The notes: a model not told the origin generated them from the letters alone. DNA of 64,000 nt from Chloroflexia bacterium (GCA_035474135.1 DATINP010000180.1:20599-84598), one strand, 5' to 3'. Numbered from the stretch's first letter, positions 18,517-29,513 are shown. A program made the numbers and translations.

Positions 18517-19727
18517 ATCCGGTTCTCCAGAACCTTGATTATCATTTGAGCATCAGTGTTGGCGGCCTGCTGTCTGGCATGGGCCGCCTTCAACAACTGG
18601 AGGCCTTCCTCAGCGCGCCCTGCCCACAACGCCCTCAACCTGGCCTCCATCTCGTCAGGGTCAGGCAGCTTCCGCTCGATCTCGACCACCCAGCGCTCAG
18701 CACCCACCTCGCTCATGAACCCTCGCACTTTGCGCGCATAAGAAAGCGCGAGAATGGGCACGCCCTGTGCCGCGGCGAAGATCAGCGCATGCAGCCTCAT
18801 GCTCACAAGCAAGTCGGCTTTGCCCACGAGGCCGGCTAGCTTGCCCGGCGTGTCCTCTATCTGGGCGCGCACCATCGCGTCGTCCGGCACGCCCTTCTCG
18901 CGGGCCGCCTTCGCGATCAATTCCAGCATCTCCTCGTCACGGTGCGGCCACAGAGGCAGCAGCACTACCCGTGCCCCGAACTCCTCTACCGCAACCTGGA
19001 TGGAGCGGGCCGCGCCTTCCACCAGGCTTTCTACGCGCCCCGGATCCTGCCGACCCTCCAGGCCGAGGCGGTGCCGTATGCTCACGGGCAGGATATAGGT
19101 GAGCGTGAAGCCGGGTTCGATGCCGGGCAGATGCCGCACACAGAATATCACAACGGGCTTGCCGTCATCGGGCCAATTCACATCCACCGGCTCGGGTTCG
19201 AGCAGTATGGCCGGGTCTGCGGTCACTTGTACATACCGTGGCGACACCCCCGCCAATACCAGCAGTCGTTTGGATGCTGTGTCACGTACGCTAAAATAGT
19301 CGGCGGAGCGGCAGATAAAGCGCGCCATCAGCCTACCAAGTAACGTCCAGAGGGGTTCTACGCCCAGCCCCCAGCCGATCACCCTTACTCCCAGCAACCG
19401 GGCAACGGCTACGTAGATAGCGTACACGGGCAGGTTATACAGGCTCGTGCCGTCCTGAATCAGCCCACCCCCGCCGAGGATGAGCGCCTTCGCGCCCACG
19501 AGCGAACGGAAGGTGGCGGGGTTGAACAGCTTGCGGGAAAGGCTCTTTACGCCAAGTTGCGAGTCGGTCTTGGCGGGATTTGTGGAGAGCGCCACCAGGT
19601 CGTCGAAGCCGCTCGACCGGAGCCTGGTCACAATGACCTGCGCCAGCGCCTCGTCCCCGGTATTGTTACTGCCGTACCAGCCCAGGATCACTATTCGGCT
19701 GCGTGTCTGCTGTGCGTTGCTTGTCAT
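18513..19727 (-). CDS. Polysaccharide pyruvyl transferase (CsaB/WcaK-like).
   Basis: N-terminal ILGWYGSNNTGDEALAQVIV matches the PS_pyruv_trans family. The length and C-terminal region fit. It overlaps the flanking glycosyltransferase genes by 4 nt, which suggests an operon. Confidence 0.7.
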   Translation of the reverse strand: MTSNAQQTRSRIVILGWYGSNNTGDEALAQVIVTRLRSSGFDDLVALSTNPAKTDSQLGVKSLSRKLFNPATFRSLVGAKALILGGGGLIQDGTSLYNLPVYAIYVAVARLLGVRVIGWGLGVEPLWTLLGRLMARFICRSADYFSVRDTASKRLLVLAGVSPRYVQVTADPAILLEPEPVDVNWPDDGKPVVIFCVRHLPGIEPGFTLTYILPVSIRHRLGLEGRQDPGRVESLVEGAARSIQVAVEEFGARVVLLPLWPHRDEEMLELIAKAAREKGVPDDAMVRAQIEDTPGKLAGLVGKADLLVSMRLHALIFAAAQGVPILALSYARKVRGFMSEVGAERWVVEIERKLPDPDEMEARLRALWAGRAEEGLQLLKAAHARQQAANTDAQMIIKVLENRI

Positions 19728-20881
19728 TCGTCGCTGGGGATGCGTGGGTCGTCGCTCGTAGGCCGCCTATCTTCGCCTGCCTGTTCACCACGTGACTGGA
19801 TAATCTTCAGGAACACCTGCAAATAACGGCGAGCTATGATGTCCCACGAATAGCGATCCCGTGCGAATGCTCGCGCACGCTGGCCCAGCCTTGACCTCTC
19901 CTCGTCATCCGCCAGCAATTCGAGGATCGTCTCCACGTACGCATCGGTGTCCAGGGGGTCGAGCAGGGTGCCGTTTTCGCCCGGCACTATCGCTTCAGGT
20001 ATACCGTCGAGTTTGGAGGCGACCACGTAGCGCCCTGCTGCCGCCGCTTCGAGCGCGACCAACCCGAACCCCTCGATGTCGTTCTGAACTGGGATGTTGG
20101 GCATTATGAACAGGTCCGCGATGCTGTACGCCGCACGTAAGGTGTCATCGTCTACTCTGCCCAGCAGACATACGTGATTGCCGAGGTGCAGGGACGCGAT
20201 GCGGGTCTCGATCAGGTCGCGCTGGGGGCCTTCGCCGACGATCAAATAGGTGATGTCCTGCCTGTGTGCTAGCAGTCGTGGCATGATCTCGGTCAAGAAA
20301 TGCACCACACCTTTGCGCTCGATGAGTCGGCCCACAGTGAGGAGCACCTTGCGGTCGCGGATCATGCGCCCCGCGTGCATTTGCAGATTGCGCATGCCCG
20401 CCGAGGTGAACTGATCAGCGAACTCAAGCATATTGACCCCGTTGGGGATCACCTCGCACAGGGCCGCAGGCACACCCCGGCGAATACACTGGGTGCGTGT
20501 ATAGCTGCTGACGCAAATAACCTTGTCCATACGCCGCAGGCACCTGGGAATGAGCCACTGGTAGGCGCGATTGTCGTAGGTCACATCCAGCCCATGTATC
20601 GTGACCACCACGGGCACGCGCAACAACGTCTTAAGCGCGAGGCCCAGCGGCGCGAGAAGGGCATCCGAGAGGTGTATCAGCTTTATATGGCCCGAGCGCG
20701 GCACAGTGAGGACGGCGCGCAGAAACGCGTACACAACAAAAAAAGGCACGAACACGGTCGAACCGCCCCAGTAGATGGTGGAGGTGGGTGTAAGGCGCCC
20801 GATCTCCTTGGTCAGGCTCTGGCTCAGTTTTTGCATGCCCCCCACCGAGGGCGGGTGCTTGCGCGTGATAAACAGTATCAT
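19724..20881 (-). CDS. GT4 family glycosyltransferase.
   Basis: Retaining GT-B C-terminal EGFGLVALEAAAAG motif. 385 aa. Confidence 0.8.
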   Translation of the reverse strand: MILFITRKHPPSVGGMQKLSQSLTKEIGRLTPTSTIYWGGSTVFVPFFVVYAFLRAVLTVPRSGHIKLIHLSDALLAPLGLALKTLLRVPVVVTIHGLDVTYDNRAYQWLIPRCLRRMDKVICVSSYTRTQCIRRGVPAALCEVIPNGVNMLEFADQFTSAGMRNLQMHAGRMIRDRKVLLTVGRLIERKGVVHFLTEIMPRLLAHRQDITYLIVGEGPQRDLIETRIASLHLGNHVCLLGRVDDDTLRAAYSIADLFIMPNIPVQNDIEGFGLVALEAAAAGRYVVASKLDGIPEAIVPGENGTLLDPLDTDAYVETILELLADDEERSRLGQRARAFARDRYSWDIIARRYLQVFLKIIQSRGEQAGEDRRPTSDDPRIPSDE

Positions 20882-21056
20882 TTCAAGGTCACTACCGAAG
20901 AAGGCTTTTGGCTACACTTTTGTATCCCGTCTATTTTACCCTATTAGGGCAAACGAGAATCGCAAACTATAGCTGAGGGGTCACAAGTGAGGACGGCCAC
21001 GACTCAATTCCAGTCGCGAATAATTGAAACATGACACATGACTTACGATCTACGAT

Positions 21057-22004
21057 CTATGACACGTCGCGATCTACGACTCGGCCCAGCGCTGCGCTGA
21101 TTGCTCCCCACACGCCCGCCCCGAGGATCGACCACAGGCGCGCAAGAAGGGCTGCGGCGGTGGCCACGGGTGCGGGCACACCGAGCACACCCAGCAGGCT
21201 CACTATAATGAACTCACGCACGCCCAGCCCCTGTGGCACCACCACCGCCAGATAGCCGCCGACCCAGGCCGCTGTGAATATGCCTGTCACGACGGGAATG
21301 TAGTACAGCGCCAGCCCCGGATACAGCGCAGACAGCAACGAGAAGAATATTAGCCCGAATGCGACCCAATTTAGCACAAACGGGATCAGCAACTGCAGGA
21401 CATCTTTCGAGGACAAATGCACCCCGAGCGGCTTGCGCCCGATCCGGCGCAGCCCCCAATCGACCAACCGGAAAAAGAGGTCGGGTCGCCAGATTACGCC
21501 CACGAGCACCACAAGTGCGAGTGCTGCTATCCACAACGGGGGGTTGGGCCATGCCACCAGGCTCAGCCCCGCCACCACCACAGCCGCAAGCAAGTTCAGC
21601 ACAGACTCAATCGCCACGCTGATCACGCCGCTTAGCCTGGGTACGCCCTCCTTTTCGGCAAGATACACGCGTCCCACGACGTGCCACACTGACCCCGGCA
21701 AGTACGCAGCCAGCGCGGAGTAGTAGAGTATTTGTGTGCTGCGCTTGAAAGGCAAAGCATAGCCCAGCTTGCGCAGGATCAGCCACCACCCCCACACCGG
21801 CAGTGGTCCCCGCGCGACCAGCACCACTAGCGCTACTACCAGCCAGCCCAGCTCCAATTGCCAATCGTAGTCAGCGAACTTGGGGCCGAGGTCGTAGATG
21901 GCCAGCGCAAAGAAGGCCACGATCAGTACCGTGATTACGACTTGCGCCGTGCGCCGCACTTTGGGCGTTGCCAGCCATCGCCTGATCTCAGTCGCAGTCA
22001 ACAC
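21057..22004 (-). CDS. Membrane protein with a flippase-like domain (lysylphosphatidylglycerol synthase TM region, UPF0104).
   Basis: Eight TM segments with a pattern typical of TIGR00374-like proteins. It abuts the peptidase gene downstream (22004/22006). Confidence 0.55.
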   Translation of the reverse strand: MLTATEIRRWLATPKVRRTAQVVITVLIVAFFALAIYDLGPKFADYDWQLELGWLVVALVVLVARGPLPVWGWWLILRKLGYALPFKRSTQILYYSALAAYLPGSVWHVVGRVYLAEKEGVPRLSGVISVAIESVLNLLAAVVVAGLSLVAWPNPPLWIAALALVVLVGVIWRPDLFFRLVDWGLRRIGRKPLGVHLSSKDVLQLLIPFVLNWVAFGLIFFSLLSALYPGLALYYIPVVTGIFTAAWVGGYLAVVVPQGLGVREFIIVSLLGVLGVPAPVATAAALLARLWSILGAGVWGAISAALGRVVDRDVS

Positions 22005-22005
22005 G

Positions 22006-24249
22006 TTAGTAGGCCAGGTAGGCCGCGAAGATCGATTTGAGATCGGCCTGCGAGTGTGCTTGTAAGATGGTCAACAGTCCTTCCGGGGTGGCGCGCTTGA
22101 ACCTGTAGGTGGTGTAATAATCACGCAGGGCGGCGTAAAATGCATGATCACCCATCGCCTTACGCACCTTGCCTAGCATGACGGTGCCGCTGTCGTAGAC
22201 CGCTGCAGTGTACTGGCTCTCGCTGGCGAACCCGCTGTATACGCCCGCCGACACGGGTCTGCTGGCAGTTGCGCCCGAGGTCATGCCGGCGAACGCTTGG
22301 CTGTATGTGCTTGCAAAGTTGGCGCGTATATACTCGGTGGTCATGAAGGTGGTCATCGCTTCATCAAGCCAGGGGTCGGTAAGCTGGTTATTGCCCACAG
22401 TCGAGTAAAACCACTGGTGGCCCACCTCGTGGACCGGCGTGTACCAGGTCCAAGTGCCGAACGCAGTGCCGTAGGCCAGCCACTGGCTTGGTATGAAATA
22501 GGCCATTGGGTACTCTTGAGCATAGTTGTCCGTCTTTTCGAGCGGCACCCCCATTTCGGCTATGGTATAGGTGTCGAAGGGGTAAGCGCCTATCTTTTCG
22601 CCGAACCAGCCGAGCGCGGGAGCGGTCAGGTCAAGCTGGCGCTGGCCCGCCTCTTTGTGGCCCCGCAGGTAAAAGGCCAGCATCGTAACGTCGCCTACTT
22701 GCCTGGTCATTGAAGCGTCATCATAGGGATTGATAAAGCGGGGCGAGACCACGTAGGCCACATCCCGAACGTTATCAGCCTCGAACCTCCAGTAGGTGCC
22801 GTCGCTGCTGCGTTCCACAGCGTCGCCTGTGCCGCCCACCACGAGCTTTTCGCCGCCCGAAGATTTTACCACGATAGAGTAGTGGGCGGAAGCGTTATTC
22901 CCCAGGTCGCCCAGTTCGGAGTAGGGGTAGTATTGCCAGCCACCATTCTCATACGGCACGAGCGTGGGCAACATATCCCCCAGCGTCAGGATGTCGTTAT
23001 CGACATCATAGCCGGTGCGCCCGCCCACAGGTCGGGGCGCAAGGTCGGCCTCCAGTTCAACCGTGACCTCGCCGCCGGGGGGCACAGCCTGAGGCAATGC
23101 CACTTCGAGGTTTATATCTTCGAGCCAGCGCGTTTCGGCGGCTTGTCCGTTCACCTGGACGCTCTCGATTGTGAGGACGCCGTCCCAGTGTTTCCATGGT
23201 GCGCGCAATATAAGAGCGCCCAGTTCGGAGTCCGACCCATTGCTCAGGCTGACCGTTTCTTCGAGGTGTACTTCACGGTCCGGTGCTTCGCCTACGGTGA
23301 TGCTTGCGCTGTACTGGGCGTCCATGTTCGCCTCGTGGCGGTCGGCATATCGCCACTGCCAGTAGTGCCGCCCCACGTTACCCATCTCGACCCTGGTGGC
23401 CGCCGGGTTACCGGGGTTGTAAGTGAGGGTGCGCCGCTCGAACAGTTGCACTAGCACCGTACTGGCCTTGCCGTTGATGGGTACGGTTATCCAGTACGGT
23501 TCTGTTATCGGGTAGCCCAGCGTGGGCAGCCAATGTGAGTTCTGAGTTCCGCGTTCCGAGTTCTGAGTTGTTGTGTCTGAATCAGCTGTGGTTTGGGCGA
23601 AGCTCCAGAACACGTCCGCCCAGTTGTGGCCCGAGGCTTCTTCGTAGCGCCCTATGGTAATGCTAGCGGGCGGGTTCTCCTCCGGCACGACTTCGGCTGT
23701 GGCGCCGTCCACGCGCAGAAGGGACATATCCCCCAGTGGCTGGCCTTCCTGATTGCCTGCGTGCCCGGTCAGTCCCGCGAAGTCTGCGTACGTGGGGCCT
23801 CCGTTGCCATCGCCTGCCACCGCCACATTAGCCGGGCCGATCTCATAAACGTGGCCTCCTCCCGTTTCCGTGGCCCCTGCCACCATCTCTTTCACAAGCA
23901 GACCGCTGGTAACGTACCAGGGCGAATTCTTATCTCCTTGCGGGTCGTTGACCTCCAGTCGTCCCTTGTCGAAATACTGCACCAGGTGGTTGCCCTGTGG
24001 CGTGTCGCTGTACGGTTCGTACTCGGTATAGAAGGCTCCCGGCCCCCACATCCACACATGGTCGCCACAGGTTGTACAACCCTCGTCTGCCGTCCATCTT
24101 GCGTGGATAGCCGCATCCGCGAACCCCTCGGATGGTGCGCGCAGTGGGGCAGCTTTGGCGGGTGTGACGTTTGCTATTGCACCCAGCGCTAGACCGGCTA
24201 CACACAGGAATGTGGCTCGGCGCGAGATATTTCGGGCGTGAGGGTTCAT
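22006..24249 (-). CDS. Secreted gluzincin metallopeptidase, M1-like (HEXXH...E), with a Tat-like signal.
   Basis: N-terminal [29 protein letters not shown] is followed by WLDEAMTTF, which matches the M1 HExxH-x18-E arrangement. Confidence 0.6.
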   Translation of the reverse strand: MNPHARNISRRATFLCVAGLALGAIANVTPAKAAPLRAPSEGFADAAIHARWTADEGCTTCGDHVWMWGPGAFYTEYEPYSDTPQGNHLVQYFDKGRLEVNDPQGDKNSPWYVTSGLLVKEMVAGATETGGGHVYEIGPANVAVAGDGNGGPTYADFAGLTGHAGNQEGQPLGDMSLLRVDGATAEVVPEENPPASITIGRYEEASGHNWADVFWSFAQTTADSDTTTQNSERGTQNSHWLPTLGYPITEPYWITVPINGKASTVLVQLFERRTLTYNPGNPAATRVEMGNVGRHYWQWRYADRHEANMDAQYSASITVGEAPDREVHLEETVSLSNGSDSELGALILRAPWKHWDGVLTIESVQVNGQAAETRWLEDINLEVALPQAVPPGGEVTVELEADLAPRPVGGRTGYDVDNDILTLGDMLPTLVPYENGGWQYYPYSELGDLGNNASAHYSIVVKSSGGEKLVVGGTGDAVERSSDGTYWRFEADNVRDVAYVVSPRFINPYDDASMTRQVGDVTMLAFYLRGHKEAGQRQLDLTAPALGWFGEKIGAYPFDTYTIAEMGVPLEKTDNYAQEYPMAYFIPSQWLAYGTAFGTWTWYTPVHEVGHQWFYSTVGNNQLTDPWLDEAMTTFMTTEYIRANFASTYSQAFAGMTSGATASRPVSAGVYSGFASESQYTAAVYDSGTVMLGKVRKAMGDHAFYAALRDYYTTYRFKRATPEGLLTILQAHSQADLKSIFAAYLAY

Positions 24250-24378
24250 AGACCCAGTATATCATCTTGTCCCAATATAGCCCCTGTGCTATACTGCCCC
24301 AGTCCTTATCTATTTCCCCTTTATTTGCGCCACGTTCACGGAAGCAGGCTTACAAGCACTCCAAGAGGAGACCCCGCT

Positions 24379-26853
24379 ATGAAACTCAATTTCAGTCGCT
24401 CCCCGTTCGTAGTTATCGTCGTTTTGATCCTGTTGGCGCTGGTGCCTTTGTCCGCGATTGTCGTCACGGTGGCGAGGGCAGGCGCGTCTCTCGCGATGCC
24501 ATCTGCCGCGCCCTCGACCGCGGGCGATTGGCCGATGTACGGGCACGACGTCAGCCGCACCAACTACAACCCCGACGAAACCACGATCAGCGCGGCCAAC
24601 GTCAACCAACTTGTGCAACGCTGGGAAATGCAAGTTGGCTCAGGCACTACCGCTACGTCAAGCGGGCCTTCGGTAGCTAACGGCAAGGTCTACGTGGGCA
24701 GCAGTGTTGCTTCGGGCAACAACTTCTTCTCGTTCGACGCGGTGTCGGGCGCGTCCGCCTGGTCGAAGAACCTCGGCTACTATAACACCTGCTTCAACGT
24801 CGGCATCGGTTCGACGGCGGCTATTTCGGGCAGCGTGGTGATAGTTGGCGGTGGTGACCAGCCGAACGTTGCCTACTACGGACTCGATGCGAACGACGGC
24901 CATCAGCTCTGGCGCGTGCCCATAAACGCGGGGGCGAGCGCTTTCACATGGGCGTCGCCATTGATTGCAAATGGGCGTACCTACTGGGGGGTATCGTCGC
25001 GTTGTGATAACCCCTCGGTACGTGGCGAGGTGCGCGGCCTCGACTATGACACAGGCCTGAATCCTCTCAGCGCCTACTTTGTGAACTCAGGGCAGGCCGG
25101 GGGCGGCGTGTGGAACTCGCCCGCTCTCAGTCCCGACGGCAGCACCCTGGTCGCAGCCACGGGCGAAGACTATAGCTGCAATCCTTGCACCTATGTTCGC
25201 TCGATGGTAACGATGGACCCGGCTACCATGAACATTCTGCAATGGGACAAGCAGGGGAGCGACAACACCGACCAGGACTGGGGTAGCACACCCCTCATCT
25301 TCCACGACAGCCAGGGTCGCATCCTCGTGAGCGCACACCTCAAATCGGTCGGCGGGGGCGACCCACCCAACGTCTTCACCTACGTGCTGAATGACGTGAG
25401 TAGCGGCCCCATCTGGCAGCGCAACACCAGCCTCAGCACGGGCATGATGGACGCCTACGACCCGACAGTCGGGAGCGGCGGCACGCTGTTCATCTTCGGC
25501 GGCAGCAACACGCTCTACGCTGTGGACCCTGCGACAGGCGTAGACCGCTGGACGCCTGTGTCGGTTGGTACTACAGCGGCCCACGCGAATATGGCGCTTG
25601 CCAACGGCCTGATCTTCATCAACCTCGGCAACTCCGGCCTCCAGATACGAAGCGAGGCGAACGGCAGCCTCCTGCGCACACTGCCTCCCTCGCATCCCGG
25701 CTCGACTAACTCCGGAGTGGCTGTGTCGCATGGCTTCATCTACTGGTTGTCAGGCTCGTATCTCAATGCATGGAGCCTTCCCGAAGGCAGTCTCACCCCC
25801 ACGCCCACACCTACCGCTATACCGACGCATACTGTCACCAATACGCCTCTTTCAACAATAACGCCCACTAACACCCCGACGCATACCGTTACAGATACGC
25901 CGGTGCCGAGTGCGACGCACACGCCCACCCATACAGCCGTGCCGAGCGTAACGAACACCTTTACCGCCGTGCCGACCCATACTTCGACGAACACACCCGT
26001 TCCATCCAGAACGCACACACCCACTCTCACCCCGACCACGCCTCCCACCCAGACTCCTGGCGGACCGACTGCTACGAACACGCCCACCGATACGCCCACG
26101 ATCGTACCGACAGACACGATCATACCGACAGATACACTCGTACCTACAGCGACAGAGACAGTAACGGGCACGCCACCCACGGTCACTGAAACGCCCACAG
26201 CCTGCGCGCTCTCGTTCGAGGACGTGCCGCCCGGCTCTACCTTCTACCCCTACATCCAGTGTATGGCCTGCCAGGGCATCATCAATGGCTACCCCTGCGG
26301 TGGTGACGGCGAACCCTGCGACCCCGGCAATAATCCTTACTTTAGACCGGGCAACAACGTCACCAGAGGACAGTTCGCCAAGATCGCGGCTAACGCTGCG
26401 GGCTTCGACGAAACACCGGGCGCGCAGCAGTACGAGGACGTGCTCCCCGGTTCTACCTTCTACGACTTCATCTGGCGCTTGACCGATCGGGATCTTGTGT
26501 CGGGTTACCCGTGCGGCGGCCCAGGCGAACCGTGCGGCCCTACCAATCTGCCATACTTCCGCCCAAGTGCAAACATCACGAGGGGGCAGATCAGCAAGAT
26601 AGACGCGAATGCTGCGGGCTTCGACGAAACACCAGGCGCGCAGCAATACGAGGATGTGCTCCCCGGTTCTACCTTCTACGACTTCATCTGGCGCTTGAGC
26701 GATCGTGGCATCATGAATGGATACCCGTGCGGCGGAGTAGGTGAACCGTGCGACCCTACCAACCTGCCGTACTTCCGCCCCGGCGCCGACGCAACGAGGG
26801 GTCAGGCCAGCAAGATCGTGTCGAACACATTCTTCCCAGCCTGCGCTCCCTGA
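24379..26853 (+). CDS. Cell-surface protein with an N-terminal anchor or signal, a PQQ-like beta-propeller, a PT-rich linker and three tandem C-terminal SLH-like domains. Each SLH-like domain carries a Cys-rich insert (GYPCGGxGEPCxPxNxPYFRP).
   Basis: BamB/PQQ-like repeats (GKVYVGS..., LYAVD...). Three units of about 70 aa match the SLH pattern F-DV...I..L...GI..GY...FRP..ITRGQ.AKI. The first in-frame ATG with a hydrophobic N-terminus is at 24379. The track ORF starts at 24238. Confidence 0.6.
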   Translation: MKLNFSRSPFVVIVVLILLALVPLSAIVVTVARAGASLAMPSAAPSTAGDWPMYGHDVSRTNYNPDETTISAANVNQLVQRWEMQVGSGTTATSSGPSVANGKVYVGSSVASGNNFFSFDAVSGASAWSKNLGYYNTCFNVGIGSTAAISGSVVIVGGGDQPNVAYYGLDANDGHQLWRVPINAGASAFTWASPLIANGRTYWGVSSRCDNPSVRGEVRGLDYDTGLNPLSAYFVNSGQAGGGVWNSPALSPDGSTLVAATGEDYSCNPCTYVRSMVTMDPATMNILQWDKQGSDNTDQDWGSTPLIFHDSQGRILVSAHLKSVGGGDPPNVFTYVLNDVSSGPIWQRNTSLSTGMMDAYDPTVGSGGTLFIFGGSNTLYAVDPATGVDRWTPVSVGTTAAHANMALANGLIFINLGNSGLQIRSEANGSLLRTLPPSHPGSTNSGVAVSHGFIYWLSGSYLNAWSLPEGSLTPTPTPTAIPTHTVTNTPLSTITPTNTPTHTVTDTPVPSATHTPTHTAVPSVTNTFTAVPTHTSTNTPVPSRTHTPTLTPTTPPTQTPGGPTATNTPTDTPTIVPTDTIIPTDTLVPTATETVTGTPPTVTETPTACALSFEDVPPGSTFYPYIQCMACQGIINGYPCGGDGEPCDPGNNPYFRPGNNVTRGQFAKIAANAAGFDETPGAQQYEDVLPGSTFYDFIWRLTDRDLVSGYPCGGPGEPCGPTNLPYFRPSANITRGQISKIDANAAGFDETPGAQQYEDVLPGSTFYDFIWRLSDRGIMNGYPCGGVGEPCDPTNLPYFRPGADATRGQASKIVSNTFFPACAP
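26386..26810 (+). repeat. Two near-identical 210-bp tandem DNA repeats encoding SLH-like domains 2 and 3. A more divergent first copy lies upstream at about 26215.
   Basis: The sequence gctgcgggcttcgacgaaacacc(g/a)ggcgcgcagca(g/a)tacgagga(c/t)gtgctccccggttctaccttctacgacttcatctggcgcttga is repeated with very few mismatches. Confidence 0.6.
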
Positions 26854-26941
26854 TCTGACCGGCCCGCCTGCGTCGAACGTCATAGTGGACACCCTCCCAC
26901 ACAGGAGTGTCCACTATGCATTTCCCGAATAAGATAAAGTA

Positions 26942-28600
26942 ATGCTACTCGTTCAATTCACCAAAGTAAGCAAAGACTACGCGGGCAACCCGGTACTCGA
27001 CGAGGTTGATCTCGAGATAATAGAGGGCGACCGGATCGGACTTGTCGGCGAGAACGGCGGCGGCAAGTCAACACTCTTCAAGCTGATCACAGGCGTCGAG
27101 CAGCCCACAGAGGGAAGCGTGACCCGGCGGCGCAACCTCACCATCGGCTATCTTACGCAGGAGGCCGACCCCGCGCAGCAGGACAAGAGTGTGTTCGAGG
27201 CGGTGTCCGAGATCTCGCCCGAAGCCACGGCGTTAGCCTCGCGCCTCCACGAACTCGAAACTGCCATGTCCACCACGCGCTTTGCGGAAGACGTTGAGTA
27301 CATGGAGCAGGTGTTGACCTCTTACACCGAGGCCCAGGAGCGATTCGACGCGCTGGGTGGCTTTGCACTCGAACACCAGGTGGGGGACGTGCTGAACGGG
27401 TTGGGGTTCGGCGCGGACCGGTATACGCAGACCGTCGGATCGCTCAGTGGTGGCGAAAAGAAACTGGTCAACCTTGCGCGCATCCTGCTCAAGAAGCCCG
27501 ACTTGCTCTTGCTCGACGAGCCTGACAACCATCTCGACCTTGAAGCCAAAGTGTGGCTTGAGGGCTTCATTCGCTCCTATTCCGGAACGGTGCTGATAAT
27601 CTCGCACGACCGCTATTTGCTGGAGCAGGTGGTCAAGAAGATATATGAGCTTGAGGACGGACAGATCTCGGTCTTTGTGGGGAACTACAGCTACTTCGCC
27701 GAAGAGAGGAAGCGTCGTTTGCTCAAGCGTCAGGAGACCTACTCGCTTCAACAGGAAGAGATAAAGCGGCTGGAGGTCATATTGCGCAACCTTACTTCTT
27801 GGGCGAAGCAAAACCCCAAGTTTGCGCCTCGCGCACGCAGCATGGAAAAACGTGTGGAGCGCGCCCGCCGCGAAGCCGCCGAGCGCCCCATCCTCCTGCG
27901 CGACCGCATCAAGGTGACCTTCGATTCTGAGCGTAGCGGGGTGAAGGTGCTGGAGCTAAAGGGCGTAAGCAAGTCGATGAATGGGCGCTCACTCCTTCGG
28001 CCCATCTACCTGACGGTGCTGTACGGAGAACGTGTAGCCCTGGTCGGCCCGAACGGTAGCGGCAAAACCACGCTTCTGCGCATTATCGCCGGCCTGATCC
28101 CGCCCGATGGAGGTTCTATCCGAATGGGGCCGAGTGTGCTGCCCGGCTACTACACACAGGAGCACGAATCGCTACCCCTCGATATGACTCCTATGGACTT
28201 TGTGCGCAGCATCAAACCCATCACCGAGCAAGCGGCCATCAGTACCCTGCGAACATTGCTCTTTTCCTACAGGGATATGCACAACACGATAGGCAGCCTA
28301 AGCGGCGGAGAGAAAAGTCGCCTCCAGATCGCCCGCCTCATGCTTACCGATGCCAACTTCTTGATCCTGGACGAGCCGACCAACAACCTCGATATCGCTT
28401 CGATAGAAGTGCTGGAGACCGCACTGGCGAACTTTGATGGAACGATCCTGACGGTGTCACACGATCGCTATTTCCTCGATAAGATTGTGACCAAGACGGT
28501 GGCCCTATCGCCGGGCAGCGAAGCGCGGTTCTACGCCGGCAACTACTCATACTACTTAGAAAAGCGCGCTCAGCCCGGCTACATAGCGGAAAGCGTGTAG
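26942..28600 (+). CDS. ABC-F family ATPase (two tandem ABC domains, no TM domain).
   Basis: Two Walker A motifs (GENGGGKST; GPNGSGKTT), two LSGGE signatures and an inter-domain linker. 552 aa. Confidence 0.85.
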   Translation: MLLVQFTKVSKDYAGNPVLDEVDLEIIEGDRIGLVGENGGGKSTLFKLITGVEQPTEGSVTRRRNLTIGYLTQEADPAQQDKSVFEAVSEISPEATALASRLHELETAMSTTRFAEDVEYMEQVLTSYTEAQERFDALGGFALEHQVGDVLNGLGFGADRYTQTVGSLSGGEKKLVNLARILLKKPDLLLLDEPDNHLDLEAKVWLEGFIRSYSGTVLIISHDRYLLEQVVKKIYELEDGQISVFVGNYSYFAEERKRRLLKRQETYSLQQEEIKRLEVILRNLTSWAKQNPKFAPRARSMEKRVERARREAAERPILLRDRIKVTFDSERSGVKVLELKGVSKSMNGRSLLRPIYLTVLYGERVALVGPNGSGKTTLLRIIAGLIPPDGGSIRMGPSVLPGYYTQEHESLPLDMTPMDFVRSIKPITEQAAISTLRTLLFSYRDMHNTIGSLSGGEKSRLQIARLMLTDANFLILDEPTNNLDIASIEVLETALANFDGTILTVSHDRYFLDKIVTKTVALSPGSEARFYAGNYSYYLEKRAQPGYIAESV

Positions 28601-28677
28601 GGCTCGTCATGCGTCATCTAGCGATTGCTCGCATTTTATTCCCAGTAGATTTGACTGGACTAGCGGTTGAACATGAG

Positions 28678-28830
28678 CCGACCCACGGCCCGCTGTCATT
28701 CTGAGCGAAGCGAAGAATCAACCTCCGCGCCTATCTGTCTATAGACAGACGCCATGCGAGGCCCCCTGAAGCAAGAGGCTCCCCAACTGATTCTGAGCGA
28801 AGCGAAAAATGACAGGGGGGCGTGGGTCGG
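28678..28830. repeat. Structured palindromic intergenic element. Its features are 23-bp terminal inverted repeats, internal direct repeats and a central perfect palindrome.
   Basis: ccgacccacggcccgctgtcatt at 28678-28700 pairs with aatgacaggggggcgtgggtcgg at 28808-28830. ttctgagcgaagcgaa is repeated at 28699-28714 and 28790-28805. tctgtctatagacaga at 28734-28749 is a perfect palindrome. The element lies between the convergent ABC-F and thpR genes. Confidence 0.5.
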
Positions 28831-28893
28831 CGTATGCCACACTCGCACCTGCCGCCCATATCTTGCGGTTCGCGCAAATATGCGTCGGAACGA

Positions 28894-29487
28894 TTAGCTG
28901 TCTAGCTCCTCGACGCCAAGGCATGTGTAGACCGCGCCGCCGGGCAGCAGATCGCTCTTCATGAGGCTGACCTGGTTTGCAGTAAACGTTGCCTGTACCG
29001 GGGGCCATTTGCTCGCACTAACGAGCGCGTTGCTGATAGTGGCTAGTTCATCCCTTGTCGCGCCCTCACGTATGCGCCCCAGGGTGATATGCGGTTGAAA
29101 CGGCTTGTCGGGCTTGTAACCCAGCCCACTCAACAGCCGGGCTATCTTTGCCTGCAACATCTGGAGGCGATCTGTGTCACCTTCGAGGCCGAGCCACAGG
29201 ACGCGCGGCCTTTCGAGAGTCGGAAACGCACCCACATTTCCCACCCCTAGCGTAATTGCACTGATTCCCCTACATCCGGCGCGTACTGCTTCCAGGATCG
29301 TAGTGGGGGCATTGAGGGGCACGTCGCCCAGGAACTGCAAAGTGAGGTGCATACCATCTGACCTCGACCAGCGCACGGCCCTCCGCGCCGCTCCCATTGC
29401 ATGTTGCAACTCATCCTGCTTGTCTGCGAGCAGAGCGCGGACCTCAACGGGTATCTCGACCGCAATAAATGTACGGATAGTGTCCAT
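28894..29487 (-). CDS. thpR: RNA 2',3'-cyclic phosphodiesterase (2H phosphoesterase, LigT/ThpR).
   Basis: Two H-x-T/S-x motifs (HLTLQF and HITLGR). The likely start is MDTIRTFIAVEI. The track ORF extends to 29532. Confidence 0.75.
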   Translation of the reverse strand: MDTIRTFIAVEIPVEVRALLADKQDELQHAMGAARRAVRWSRSDGMHLTLQFLGDVPLNAPTTILEAVRAGCRGISAITLGVGNVGAFPTLERPRVLWLGLEGDTDRLQMLQAKIARLLSGLGYKPDKPFQPHITLGRIREGATRDELATISNALVSASKWPPVQATFTANQVSLMKSDLLPGGAVYTCLGVEELDS

Positions 29488-29513
29488 GGTGACAGCGACC
29501 CGTCCTTGTCCCT

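Noticed and set aside
24238-24378. The 871-aa ORF starting at 24238, upstream of the ATG at 24379.
   Set aside because: The upstream 47 codons ([17 protein letters not shown]...) overlap the divergent peptidase gene's start region and have no signal-peptide character. The ATG at 24379 gives a hydrophobic N-terminus consistent with a secreted or anchored protein.
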